Positions 42,401 through 55,268 of a DNA stretch of 64,000 nt are shown one piece after another (within the stretch, counting starts at the first letter, position 1; every line of letters begins with the position of its first letter). Made by a program: the position numbers and the translations under genes. The notes beneath the pieces were generated by a model. It saw only the letters and a list, made by a program, of their open reading frames with translations. It was not told the DNA's origin and searched no databases. The stretch lies in the NCBI GenBank assembly GCA_030390025.1, contig CM059431.1, positions 137,084,001 through 137,148,000 on the forward strand, written 5' to 3'. This DNA comes from Squalus acanthias. Its lineage: Eukaryota.

Positions 42401-45400
42401 CCCAATACTGTCATTGCTGGTGGTGATCTCAATACTAACATTGCTTTTGGTGATCCCATTATTATAATTGCTGGTGGTGATCCCAAAACTAACATTGCTG
42501 GTGGTGATCCCACTACTAACATTGCTGGTGGTGATCCCAATACTTACATTGCTGGTGGTGATCCCCCTACTAACATTGCTGGAGGTGATTCCAATACTAG
42601 CATTGCTGGTGGTGATCCCAATACTAACATTGCTGGTGGTGATCCCAATACTAACATTGCTGGTGGAGATCTCAAAACTAACATTGCTGGTGGTGATCCC
42701 AATACTAACATTGCTGGAGGTGATCCCAATACTAACATTACTGGTGGTGATTCAAATACTACCCTTTCTGGGGGTGATCCCGAAATTATCATCGCTGGTG
42801 GTGATCCCAATACTAACATTGCTGGTGGTGATCCCAATACTAACATTGCTGTTGGTGATCCCAATACTAACATTGCTGGTGGTGATCCCAATACTAACAT
42901 TGCTGGTGGTGATCCCAATACTAACATTGCTGGTGGTGATCCCAATACTGACATTGCTGTTGCTAATCCCAATACTAACATTGCTGGTGGTGATCCTAAT
43001 ACTAACATTGCTGGTGGTGATCCCAAAACTAACATTACTGGTGGTGATCCCAATATTAACATTGCTGGTGGTGATCCCAAAACTAACATTGCTGTTGGTG
43101 ATCCCAATACTAACATTGCTGGTGGTGATCCCAATACTAACATTACTGGTGGTGATCCCAATACTGACATTGCTGTTGGTGATCCCAATACTAACATTGC
43201 TGGTGGTGATCCTAATACTAACATTGCTGGTGGTGATCCCAAAACTAACATTACTGGTGGTGATCCCAATACTAACATTGATGGTGGTGATCCCAATACT
43301 ATTATTGATGGTGGTGATCTCAATACTTACAATGCTGGTGATGATCCCAATACTAACATTACTGGTGTTGATCGCAATACTAACATTGATGGTGGTGATC
43401 GCAATACTAACATTGCTGGTGGTGATCGCAATACTAACATTGCTGGTGGTGATCCCAATAATAACATTGCTGGTGGTGATCCCAGTACTAACATTGATGG
43501 TGGTGATCGAAATACTAACATTGCTGGTGATGATCCCAATACTAACATTGCTGGTGGTGATCTCAATACTAACATTGCTGGTGGTGATCCCATTACTAAA
43601 ATTGCTGGTGGTGATCCCAATACTTACATTGCTGGTGTTGATCCCAATACTAACATTGCTGGTGGTGATCCCAATACTTACATTGCTGGTGGTGATCCCA
43701 TTACTAACATTGCTGGTGGTGATCCCAATACTAACATTGCTGTTGGTGAACCCAATACTAGCATTGTTGGTGGTGATCCCACTACTAACATTGCTGGTGG
43801 AGATCCCAATACTAACATTGCTGTTGGTGATCCCAATACTTACATTGCTGATGGTGATCGCACTACTAACATTGCTGGTGTTGATCCCAATACTAGCATT
43901 GCTGGTGGTGCTCCCAATACTAACATTGCTGTTGGTGATCCCAATACTAACATTGCTGGTGGAGATCTCAAAACTAACATTCCTGGTGGAGATCGCAATA
44001 CTAACATTGCTGATGGTGATCTCAAAACTAACATTGCTTGTGCAGTTCTCAATACTAACATTGCTGGTGGTGATCACAATAATTACATTACTGGTGGTGA
44101 TCCCAATACTAACATTGATGGTGGTGATCCCAATACTATTATTGATGGTGGTGATCTCAATACTTACATTGCTGGTGATGATCCCAATACTAACATTACT
44201 GGTGTTGATCGCAATACTAACATTGATGGTGGTGATCGCAATACTAACATTGCTGGTGGTGATCGCAATACTAACATTGCTGGTGGTGATCCCAATACTT
44301 ACATTGCTGATGGTGATCGCACTACTAACATTGCTGGTGTTGATCCCAATACTAGCATTGCTGGTGGTGCTCCCAATACTAACATTGCTGTTGGTGATCC
44401 CAATACTAACATTGCTGGTGGAGATCTCAAAACTAACATTCCTGGTGGAGATCGCAATACTAACATTGCTGATGGTGATCTCAAAACTAACATTGCTTGT
44501 GCAGTTCTCAATACTAACATTGCTGGTGGTGATCACAATAATTACATTACTGGTGGTGATCCCAATACTAACATTGCTGGTGATGATCCCAATACTTACA
44601 TTGCTGCTGGTGTTCCCAGTGCTAACATTGTACGTGGTGATCCCAATACTTACATTGCTGGTGGTGATCCCATTACTAACATTGCTGGTGGTGATCACAT
44701 TACTAACATTGCTGGTGGTGATCCCACTACTAACATTGCTGGTGGAGATCCCAATACTAACATTGCTGTTGGTGATCCCAATACTTACATTGCTGATGGT
44801 GATCGCACTACTAACATTGCTGGTGGTGATCCCAATACTAGCATTGCTGGTGGTGCTCCCAATACTAACATTGCTGTTGGTGATCCCAATACTAACATTG
44901 CTGGTGGAGATCTCAAAACTAACATTCCTGGTGGAGATCGCAATACTAACATTGCTGGTGGTGATCTCAAAACTAACATTGCTTGTGGAGTTCTCAATAC
45001 TAACATTGCTGGTGGTGATCACAATAATTACATTGATGGTGGTGATCCCAATACTGTCATTGCTGGTGGTGATCTCAATACTAACATTGCTTTTGGTGAT
45101 CCCATTATTATAATTGCTGGTGGTGATCCCATTACTAACATTGCTGGTGGTGATCCCACTACTAACATTGCTGGTGGTGATCCCAATACTTACATTGCTG
45201 GTGGTGATCCCCCTACTAACATTGCTGGAGGTGATTCCAATACTAGCATTGCTGGTGGTGATCCCAATACTAACATTGCTGGTGGTGATCCCAATACTAA
45301 CATTGCTGGTGGAGATCTCAAAACTAACATTGCTGGTGGTGATCCCAATACTAACATTGCTGGAGGTGATCCCAATACTAACATTACTGGTGGTGATTCA

Positions 45401-48400
45401 AATACTACCCTTTCTGGGGGTGATCCCGAAATTATCATCGCTGGTGGTGATCCCAATACTAACATTGCTGGTGGTGATCCCAATACTAACATTGCTGTTG
45501 GTGATCCCAATACTAACATTGCTGGTGGTGATCCCAATACTAACATTGCTGGTGGTGATCCCAATACTAACATTGCTGGTGGTGATCCCAATACTGACAT
45601 TGCTGTTGCTAATCCCAATACTAACATTGCTGGTGGTGATCCTAATACTAACATTGCTGGTGGTGATCCCAAAACTAACATTACTGGTGGTGATCCCAAT
45701 ATTAACATTGCTGGTGGTGATCCCAAAACTAACATTGCTGTTGGTGATCCCAATACTAACATTGCTGGTGGTGATCCCAATACTAACATTACTGGTGGTG
45801 ATCCCAATACTGACATTGCTGTTGGTGATCCCAATACTAACATTGCTGGTGGTAATCCTAATACTAACATTGCTGGTGGTGATCCCAAAACTAACATTAC
45901 TGGTGGTGATCCCAATACTAACATTGATGGTGGTGATCCCAATACTATTATTGATGGTGGTGATCTCAATACTTACAATGCTGGTGATGATCCCAATACT
46001 AACATTACTGGTGTTGATCGCAATACTAACATTGATGGTGGTGATCGCAATACTAACATTGCTGGTGGTGATCGCAATACTAACATTGCTGGTGGTGATC
46101 CCAATAATAACATTGCTGGTGGTGATCCCAGTACTAACATTGATGGTGGTGATCGAAATACTAACATTGCTGGTGATGATCCCAATACTAACATTGCTGG
46201 TGGTGATCTCAATACTAACATTGCTGGTGGTGATCCCATTACTAAAATTGCTGGTGGTGATCCCAATACTTACATTGCTGGTGTTGATCCCAATACTAAC
46301 ATTGCTGGTGGTGATCCCAATACTTACATTGCTGGTGGTGATCCCATTACTAACATTGCTGGTGGTGATCCCAATACTTACATTGCTGTTGGTGAACCCA
46401 ATACTAGCATTGTTGGTGGTGATCCCACTACTAACATTGCTGGTGGAGATCCCAATACTAACATTGCTGTTGGTGATCCCAATACTTACATTGCTGATGG
46501 TGATCGCACTACTAACATTGCTGGTGTTGATCCCAATACTAGCATTGCTGGTGGTGCTCCCAATACTAACATTGCTGTTGGTGATCCCAATACTAACATT
46601 GCTGGTGGAGATCTCAAAACTAACATTCCTGGTGGAGATCGCAATACTAACATTGCTGATGGTGATCTCAAAACTAACATTGCTTGTGCAGTTCTCAATA
46701 CTAACATTGCTGGTGGTGATCACAATAATTACATTACTGGTGGTGATCCCAATTCTAACATTGATGGTGGTGATCCCAATACTATTATTGATGGTGGTGA
46801 TCTCAATACTTACATTGCTGGTGATGATCCCAATACTAACATTACTGGTGTTGATCGCAATACTAACATTGATGGTGGTGATCGCAATACTAACATTGCT
46901 GGTGGTGATCGCAATACTAACATTGCTGGTGGTGATCCCAATAATAACATTGCTGGTGGTGATCCCAGTACTAACATTGATGGTGGTGATCGAAATACTA
47001 ACATTGCTGGTGATGATCCCAATACTAACATTGCTGGTGGTGATCTCAATACTAACATTGCTGGTGGTGATCCCATTACTAAAATTGCTGGTGGTGATCC
47101 CAATACTTACATTGCTGGTGTTGATCCCAATACTAACATTGCTGGTGGTGATCCCAATACTTACATTGCTGGTGGTGATCCCATTACTAACATTGCTGGT
47201 GGTGATCCCAATACTAACATTGCTGTTGGTGAACCCAATACTAGCATTGTTGGTGGTGATCCCACTACTAACATTGCTGGTGGAGATCCCAATACTAACA
47301 TTGCTGTTGGTGATCCCAATACTTACATTGCTGATGGTGATCGCACTACTAACATTGCTGGTGTTGATCCCAATACTAGCATTGCTGGTGGTGCTCCCAA
47401 TACTAACATTGCTGTTGGTGATCCCAATACTTACATTGCTGGTGTTGATCCCAATACTAACATTGCTGGTGGTGATCCCAATACTTACATTGCTGGTGGT
47501 GATCCCATTACTAACATTGCTGGTGGTGATCCCAATACTTACATTGCTGGTGGTGATCCCAATATTAACATTGCTGGTGGTGATCCCAAAACTAACATTG
47601 CTGTTGGTGATCCCAATACTAACATTGCTGGTGGTGATCCCAATACTAACATTACTGGTGGTGATCCCAATACTGACATTGCTGTTGGTGATCCCAATAC
47701 TAACATTGCTGGTGGTAATCCTAATACTAACATTGCTGGTGGTGATCCCAAAACTAACATTACTGGTGGTGATCCCAATACTAACATTGATGGTGGTGAT
47801 CCCAATACTATTATTGATGGTGGTGATCTCAATACTTACAATGCTGGTGATGATCCCAATACTAACATTACTGGTGTTGATCGCAATACTAACATTGATG
47901 GTGGTGATCGCAATACTAACATTGCTGGTGGTGATCGCAATACTAACATTGCTGGTGGTGATCCCAATAATAACATTGCTGGTGGTGATCCCAGTACTAA
48001 CATTGATGGTGGTGATCGAAATACTAACATTGCTGGTGATGATCCCAATACTAACATTGCTGGTGGTGATCTCAATACTAACATTGCTGGTGGTGATCCC
48101 ATTACTAAAATTGCTGGTGGTGATCCCAATACTTACATTGCTGGTGTTGATCCCAATACTAACATTGCTGGTGGTGATCCCAATACTTACATTGCTGGTG
48201 GTGATCCCATTACTAACATTGCTGGTGGTGATCCCAATACTAACATTGCTGTTGGTGAACCCAATACTAGCATTGTTGGTGGTGATCCCACTACTAACAT
48301 TGCTGGTGGAGATCCCAATACTAACATTGCTGTTGGTGATCCCAATACTTACATTGCTGATGGTGATCGCACTACTAACATTGCTGGTGTTGATCCCAAT

Positions 48401-50632
48401 ACTAGCATTGCTGGTGGTGCTCCCAATACTAACATTGCTGTTGGTGATCCCAATACTAACATTGCTGGTGGAGATCTCAAAACTAACATTCCTGGTGGAG
48501 ATCGCAATACTAACATTGCTGATGGTGATCTCAAAACTAACATTGCTTGTGCAGTTCTCAATACTAACATTGCTGGTGGTGATCACAATAATTACATTAC
48601 TGGTGGTGATCCCAATTCTAACATTGATGGTGGTGATCCCAATACTATTATTGATGGTGGTGATCTCAATACTTACATTGCTGGTGATGATCCCAATACT
48701 AACATTACTGGTGTTGATCGCAATACTAACATTGATGGTGGTGATCGCAATACTAACATTGCTGGTGGTGATCGCAATACTAACATTGCTGGTGGTGATC
48801 CCAATAATAACATTGCTGGTGGTGATCCCAGTACTAACATTGATGGTGGTGATCGAAATACTAACATTGCTGGTGATGATCCCAATACTAACATTGCTGG
48901 TGGTGATCTCAATACTAACATTGCTGGTGGTGATCCCATTACTAAAATTGCTGGTGGTGATCCCAATACTTACATTGCTGGTGTTGATCCCAATACTAAC
49001 ATTGCTGGTGGTGATCCCAATACTTACATTGCTGGTGGTGATCCCATTACTAACATTGCTGGTGGTGATCCCAATACTAACATTGCTGTTGGTGAACCCA
49101 ATACTAGCATTGTTGGTGGTGATCCCACTACTAACATTGCTGGTGGAGATCCCAATACTAACATTGCTGTTGGTGATCCCAATACTTACATTGCTGATGG
49201 TGATCGCACTACTAACATTGCTGGTGTTGATCCCAATACTAGCATTGCTGGTGGTGCTCCCAATACTAACATTGCTGTTGGTGATCCCAATACTAACATT
49301 GCTGGTGGAGATCTCAAAACTAACATTCCTGGTGGAGATCGCAATACTAACATTGCTGATGGTGATCTCAAAACTAACATTGCTTGTGCAGTTCTCAATA
49401 CTAACATTGCTGGTGGTGATCACAATTATTACATTGATGCGGTGATCCCAATACTGTCATTGCTGGTGGTGATCTCAATACTAACATTGCTGGTTGTGAT
49501 CCCATTATTATAATTGCTGGTGGTGCTCCCATTACTAACATTGCTGTTGGTGATCCCACTACTAACATTGCTGGAGGTGATCCCAATACTATCATTGCTT
49601 GTGGTGATCCCAATACTAACATTGCTGGTGGTGATCCCAATACTAACATTGCTGGTGGAGATCTCAAAACTAACATTGCTGGTGGAGATCTCAATACTAA
49701 CATTGCTGGTGGTGATCTCAAAACTAACATTGCTGGTGGTGATCACAATACTAACATTGCTGTTGGTGATCCCTATACTAACATTGCTGATGGTGATCCC
49801 AATATTAACATTGCTGATGGTGATCCCAATATTAACATTGCTAGAGTTGATCCCAATACTAACATTGCTGGTGGTGATCCCAATACTGACATTGCTGGTG
49901 GTGAACCCAATACTAACATTTTTGGTGTTGATCCCAATACTAACATTGCTGGTGGAGATCCCAATACTAACATTGCTGGTGGAGATCCCAATACTAACAT
50001 TGCTGTTGATGATCCCAATACTAACATTGCTGTCGGTGTTCCCACTACTAACATTGCTAGTGGTGATACCAATACTAACATCGCTTGTGGTGATCCCAAT
50101 ACTAACATTGCTGATGGTGATCTCAATACTAACATTGCTGGTGGTGATCCCAATACTAACATTGCTGTTGGTGATCCCAATTCTGTCATTGCTGGTGGTG
50201 ATCCCAGTACTAACATTGCTGTTGGTGATCCCAATACTAACATTGCTGGTGGTGATCCCAGTACTAATATCGCTGGTGGTGATCCCAATACTTACATTGC
50301 TGGTGGTGATCCCAATACTGTCATTGCTGATAGTGATCCCTATGCTAACATTGCTGGTGGTGTTCCCATTACTAACATTGCTGTTGGTGATCCCAATACT
50401 AACATTGCTGTTGGTGATCGCAGTACTAATATCGCTGGTGGTGATCCCAATACTAACATTGCTGGTGGCGATCCCAATACTAACAATGCTGGTGGTGATC
50501 CCAATACTAACATTGCTGATGGTGATCCCACTACTAACATTGTTGGTGGTTCTCCCACTACTTACATTGCTGGTGGTGCTCCCACTACTTACATTGCTGG
50601 TGGTGATCCCACTACTATCATTGCTGCTGGGA
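18410..50632. repeat. Satellite B: 27-bp tandem array, consensus GGTGGTGATCCCAATACTAACATTGCT, ~1190 units, with higher-order duplications
   Basis: Continuous 27-bp periodicity over 32 kb; near-identical variant strings recur at offsets 2293, 2646, 1863, 837 and 513 bp. Confidence 0.98.
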
Positions 50633-50693
50633 ATTCCCGAATTTAACATTAACAGTTGTGTCTCTATTCTTGCATTATATGTGGTTGTGCAGT

Positions 50694-50995
50694 AGCACCT
50701 CCCAAACCCGGGAACTCTACCACCTAGATGGACAAGGGCTGTCGGCGCATGGGAACACCACCACCTCCAATTTCCCTAAATGTCACACACCATCCTGACT
50801 TAGAAATATATCACTGATTCTTCAGCGTCGCTGAGTCAAAACCTGGAACTCCCTCCCTAACAGCACTGTGGGAGTACCTTTACCACACGGACTGCAGCGG
50901 TTCAACAAGACGGTTCACCACCACCGTTTCAGTGGCAACCAGGGATGGGCAATAAATGCTGGCCTAGCCAGCGAAGCCCATATCCCAGGAATGAA
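50694..50995 (+). mobile_element. LINE 3'-end fragment, same family as 14703-15042
   Basis: CATCCTGACTTAGAAATATATC...GGACTGCAGCGGTTCAACAAG...GGGCAATAAATGCTGGCC. Confidence 0.8.
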
Positions 50996-51004
50996 TTTAA
51001 AATA

Positions 51005-51247
51005 CAGGCCAGAACGAGTAAAGGCAACATGCTTCCATCACTGAAGGACATTAGAGAACCAGTTAAGTTTATATGACAATCCAATAGCTTCATAGTAAAC
51101 ATTAATCACAGTAGTTTTTTCTGATTTATTTAATTAACTGAATTCAAATTCAGCAAATTGCCTTCTGTGGGATTTGAGCTGTCGTCACAGGATAATTAGC
51201 CCATGCTTCTAGTTTACTCTGTCAAAAACATAACTACCATGCTAACG
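51005..51247 (-). mobile_element. tRNA-derived SINE fragment, same family as 18115-18388
   Basis: Shared blocks AAGGACATTAGAGAACCAG, TAGCTTCAT, GTGGGATTTGA and ACATAACTACCATGCTA. Confidence 0.65.
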
Positions 51248-51317
51248 TAATCTGTTGCTATTCCTGAAAACATTGATGTTTACAATACTTGACTATCCTC
51301 ATGAATTTATATGGCGC

Positions 51318-51450
51318 AGTCCATCGACTTTACAAACCATTTATATATCCCAGTCCATTTATTTTCCAATCCATTGACAGATCCTAGTCCAATTACTTTC
51401 CCAAATCATTGATATGACCCAGTCCATAGAACTGTCCCAATCCACTGAAC
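51318..51450. repeat. Short degenerate relic of satellite A (3-4 units)
   Basis: CAGTCCATTTATTTTCCAATCCATTGAC, GTCCAATTACTTTCCCAAATCATTGAT and GTCCCAATCCACTGAA recur at ~34-bp spacing. Confidence 0.65.
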
Positions 51451-52522
51451 TTTCAGTAGGCCTTTGATAAGTTACCGCAGAGTAGACGCGTGACTAAGGT
51501 CAGACCATGTGGAGACAGGGGCAAGCTGCAGAATTGAAAGGAAACTGTCTACAGAACAGAAAACAGAGAGTGGGTTAAAGGTAGTTACTCAGACTGGCAG
51601 CAGGTGGAAAGTGATGTCCCACAAGGATCGGTGCTGGGACCACTGCTGTTCACCATTTACACAGATTGTGTGGACTTGAGAATCTGAAGTACAATATCAA
51701 AATTTACGTTTAACACCAAATTGGAAGGTATAGTTAATACTGAGAGGCAGGTTGAGAAAACAGTTAAAAAGCATACGGGATCCTGGGCTTCATGAATAGA
51801 GGAATAGAGAACAAAACCGTAGAAATTATGATGAACCTGTCTAAAACACTGGTTCGACCTCAACTGGAGTATTATGCCCAATTTTAGGAACCGCACTTTA
51901 GGAACGATGTGAAAGTATTAGAGAGGGTGCAGAAAAGATTTACGAGAATGATTCCAGGGATGAGGAACTTCAGTTACGTGGATAGACTGGAGAAATTGCG
52001 GTTGTTCCCCTTTAGAGCAGAGAAGATCGAGAGGAGATTTGATAGAGATGTTCAAAATCATGATGAGTCAGAACAGATTAGATAGAGAGAAGCTGTTTCC
52101 ATTGGAAGAATGGTCGAGAATAAGAGGACACAGATTTAAGGAAACTGGCTGAAGAACCAAAGGCGATATGAGGAAAAACATTTTTACTCAGCGAGTGTTT
52201 AGGACTGGAATGCAATGCCTGAAAGGGTGGTGGAAGCAGACTCAATCACAGCTTTCAAAAGGGAGTTGGATAAGCAACTGCAGGATATAAAAATACAGGG
52301 CTACGGAGAAAGGGCGGGGTAGTGGGACTAGCTGAAGTGCACTTGCAGAGAGCAGTTAGGGGCTTGACGGACCGAATGGCGTTCTTCCATAAGAACATAA
52401 GAACATAAGCAATAGGAGCAAGAATAGACCATTTGACCCTTCGAGCCAGCTCCGCCATTCAATATGATCATGGCTGATCTTATACCTCATCTTCACTTCT
52501 GTAACCATTCTATGATTCTATG
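51450..52522 (+). mobile_element. CR1 LINE 3' fragment with internal deletion; opposite-strand CR1 tail nested at ~52388-52500
   Basis: AFDK and VPQGSVLGPLLF remnants, CR1 3' ORF2/UTR; tail ATTCTATGATTCTATGA at ~52507-52523; nested CATAAGAACATAAGAACATAAG marks a minus-strand tail. Confidence 0.85.
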
Positions 52523-52529
52523 ACTCTGA

Positions 52530-53130
52530 GGAAGAATGTGAGAACATACAATAAAATGGTAACAAACTTGCAGAATGTGAGTGTAAATGACCAACTAATT
52601 TCAGTATAAGAATGTGAAGTGCTGTATTTTGGTAGGAGGAATAAGGAGACCACATACTCCGAAAGAAAGGTTACATTTAACTTGTAAAGAAACTTGGATA
52701 GGCCACACGTGGTGTACTGTGCACAGATTGGTCTCCACCTTACAAAAAAGGATATTGAGGCACTGGAGAAGGTGCAAACAGACTGGGCTTGCGGCAGGTG
52801 GTGAGAGAACCAACAGGAGGGAAAACCTATTTAACTGAGAGGTTATAACTTCCTGGAACGACTGAACAGGCAGGGACTCTTTTCTCTAGAAAAGAGAAGG
52901 CTGAGGTGGGACCTGATAGAGGTTCTAAAATTATGAATTGTAGACGTAGAGAACATGTTTCTGACTGTGGGGTTATCCGAAAATAGGGTTGTTAAATATA
53001 GAGCGTCACTAATAAATCCAAAAGGAATTCAGGATTAACTTCTTTACCCAGAGAGTGTTTAGAATGTGGAACTCGCAACCACACGGAGTATGTTGAGGCG
53101 AACAGCATTAATGCATTTCAAAGGAAGGCA
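52530..53130 (+). mobile_element. Degenerate CR1 LINE fragment
   Basis: GTACTGTGCACAGATTGGTCTCC, AGAAGGCTGAGGTGGGACCTGATAGAGG and TTCTTTACCCAGAGAGTG...TGTGGAACTC are typical CR1 3' blocks. Confidence 0.75.
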
Positions 53131-53369
53131 GTAAAGTACCGACTAGCAGTCAGAAACCCAGCTCCGTGTGGGGGGAGGTCAATTCATATAATAACATTGA
53201 AAAGTGTTGGACATCTGGAGTGTGACATCTGGAGAGTGGCGTCCGGAGTCACTGATAAAGCGTTGAGGCGTTGCAGTGAACAAATGGTAAGCCGTCGTTC
53301 TTGTAATCCGCAGAGTTCGGATTCATCCCCTGTTGTTGCCTCTGTTGGTTTTGAATATTTAAGGTGATC

Positions 53370-53545
53370 TTTTCGCTGCACCTCCTGCAAAGCCAATATA
53401 TCCTTCCTGGAGTGCAGTGCAATACACCGAATTAAGCACACCAGTTGGGGTCTAACCAAAGCTCGAAACAACTCAAGCATAACTTGCTCCACTTTGTGTT
53501 CCAGCCCGCTTGAGATAAATGTCCTCATTCCATTAGCCTTTTTGA
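53370..53545 (-). mobile_element. Degenerate CR1 LINE fragment
   Basis: Minus ORF VMLELFRALVRPQL...RKDILALQEVQRK resembles CR1 ORF2 LY..LVRP.LEY...KDI..LE.VQRR. Confidence 0.7.
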
Positions 53546-54574
53546 CTGTGCCACGAGCTCGTTACTCAACAAACATTGGCGCGGATTTTTCGGGGCTTAT
53601 GACCATGGACGTGGTTGTAAGTGCCCCAAAAGTTCCGGGTTTCTGCATGTGATTCGCATGCGCGAAAACCCGAAACTTGCGAACTTTCAAGGATTTGCTG
53701 GCACAGAGTTGGGCTAATTGCCCAACTGCTGCACAATGAATGGCTATGAAACACTTACTGGCAAAAGCAGTGTAAGGCATTATTTTACCAGGAAAAGGGT
53801 TTAAATAAATATTAATTTTAAAAATCATTTAAACATATAACAACCATTAAAATTAGTTTATGTTATTTTTGGCCCCATGAAAAATGTTTAAATTTATTTT
53901 TCAAAACAATAACGTTTTATTTTAAATGTTTCATTAAATTGTATATTAATTTATTCTAGACATGTGATGATTTATTTTTATTTGAGTGTTGTGAAAGTGT
54001 TGGGATTCCTATTATGCTTATGGGGAATACCGTACATAAATGAAATCCCAATAAGCATCATGGGAATCCCCCTTTTTGATTGGTTGAGCAGGCCCACTTG
54101 ATCCCAGGCACAGTTACGAACCGCATGCGCCCCTGGGATATGTGGGCCTTTATGCAGGCATCCACCTGTAGACGCAAGAGCGCGAGTCTTCGAAGGTATG
54201 GAGGCACCAGATAGGTGCGGACTTTAGTGGCGGTTCGGACCTCATTAAATCCAATGGGACCCTGCGGGCCACTCACAGCGTTTATTTTTTAGCGACTTTG
54301 CAGTGAAGTAGAATGTTTGTAAGTAAGATTTCACAGTGAAATTGTAGTAACAGGACATGTCTGCTTTGGATGATATACAGGCCGAAGTCATAGGCTGTTA
54401 GATTCTGAATTAAAATGTATACTACTGAAACTGTTGAATTGTAGTTGACCCAAGCACGAGCAGTTTAATTATACTTTTCGTGTTAACAATCCTATTACAA
54501 ACATCAAAGTTTACAGGAATATCCGGGACCGGAATGTATGCGAGACACTGTTCTTAATCCACTCGATAAACTGA

Positions 54575-54712
54575 ACCATGAGGAGCTGTTTCACCTTGTC
54601 CGGAACAGTAGAACCAGAGGACACGGCCTGAGATTGAAGGGGTAAAATCAAAACTAATCTCTATAAACATTATTTCAGTGAGCGACTGTCTAACTGTGGA
54701 ACAGGCTTCCTT
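54575..54712 (+). mobile_element. Short CR1-like 3' fragment
   Basis: AGAACCAGAGGACAC (RTRGH) and TATTTCAGTGAGCG...TGTGGAACAGGCTTCC (WN.LP). Confidence 0.6.
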
Positions 54713-54724
54713 CCTAATCTTCAT

Positions 54725-55268
54725 AATTAAAACTAGAGGACAGGGGAGTTCAGGGGAACACGGGCAGCAAAATTAGAATTAGAATAAAGGGAAATTTAGG
54801 GGAACACTGTAAATGTTTAATCAGAAATGGAGTACAGGAAAATTAAGTGCAATAAATTAACCGTTAATTAGAAATAGAATAAATGGAAGATAGACGAACA
54901 CATGAATGGTTTAATTAGAAATAGAGGTCAGTGGAATATGGCAACTGATATTAGAAATAGGGACCAACGGAGCACAATACCCCATCATTTAGAAGTAGGG
55001 GACAGGGGAAGGCAGCAACTGTTCAATTAGAAATAGAGGACAAGGGAATTCAGGGGAATAAACTAACTGTCTAATTAGAAATAGAAAAACAGGAGACATG
55101 GGGTAACACATTAACTGTTTATTTAGAAGTAGGGGACTGGGGAGACAGAAACTGTTAATTTATAAATAGAGGAGACGGGAATGTCAGGGAAACACAGTAA
55201 CTGTTTAATTAGAAATAGAGAAACACAAGGGAATACAACAACTGGTTAATTAGAAACAGGGGACGGGG
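54725..55268. repeat. Degenerate ~40-55-bp minisatellite with core ACTGTTTAATTAGAAATAGAGGAC
   Basis: TTAGAA(A/G)TAG core recurs about 12 times with purine-rich spacers. Confidence 0.75.

Noticed and set aside
38930..49513. 3527-aa ORF and other giant ORFs (GGDPNTNIA, LLVVIPILT, ITTSNVSIG repeats) as real genes such as RTX, ice-nucleation or mucin proteins
   Set aside because: They overlap in four frames, switch peptide type at indels, have no unique domains, and the 27-bp consensus is intrinsically resistant to stop codons.
14125..50632. Functional module of an O-glycan branching enzyme plus a Thr/Ser-rich repeat substrate
   Set aside because: The GCNT copy is a broken fragment and the array has no evidence of being coding; adjacency is probably coincidental.
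18115..51247. Same-orientation SINE copies flanking satellite B as ends of a composite element
   Set aside because: The copies are diverged, no shared TSD is visible, and SINEs are abundant here.
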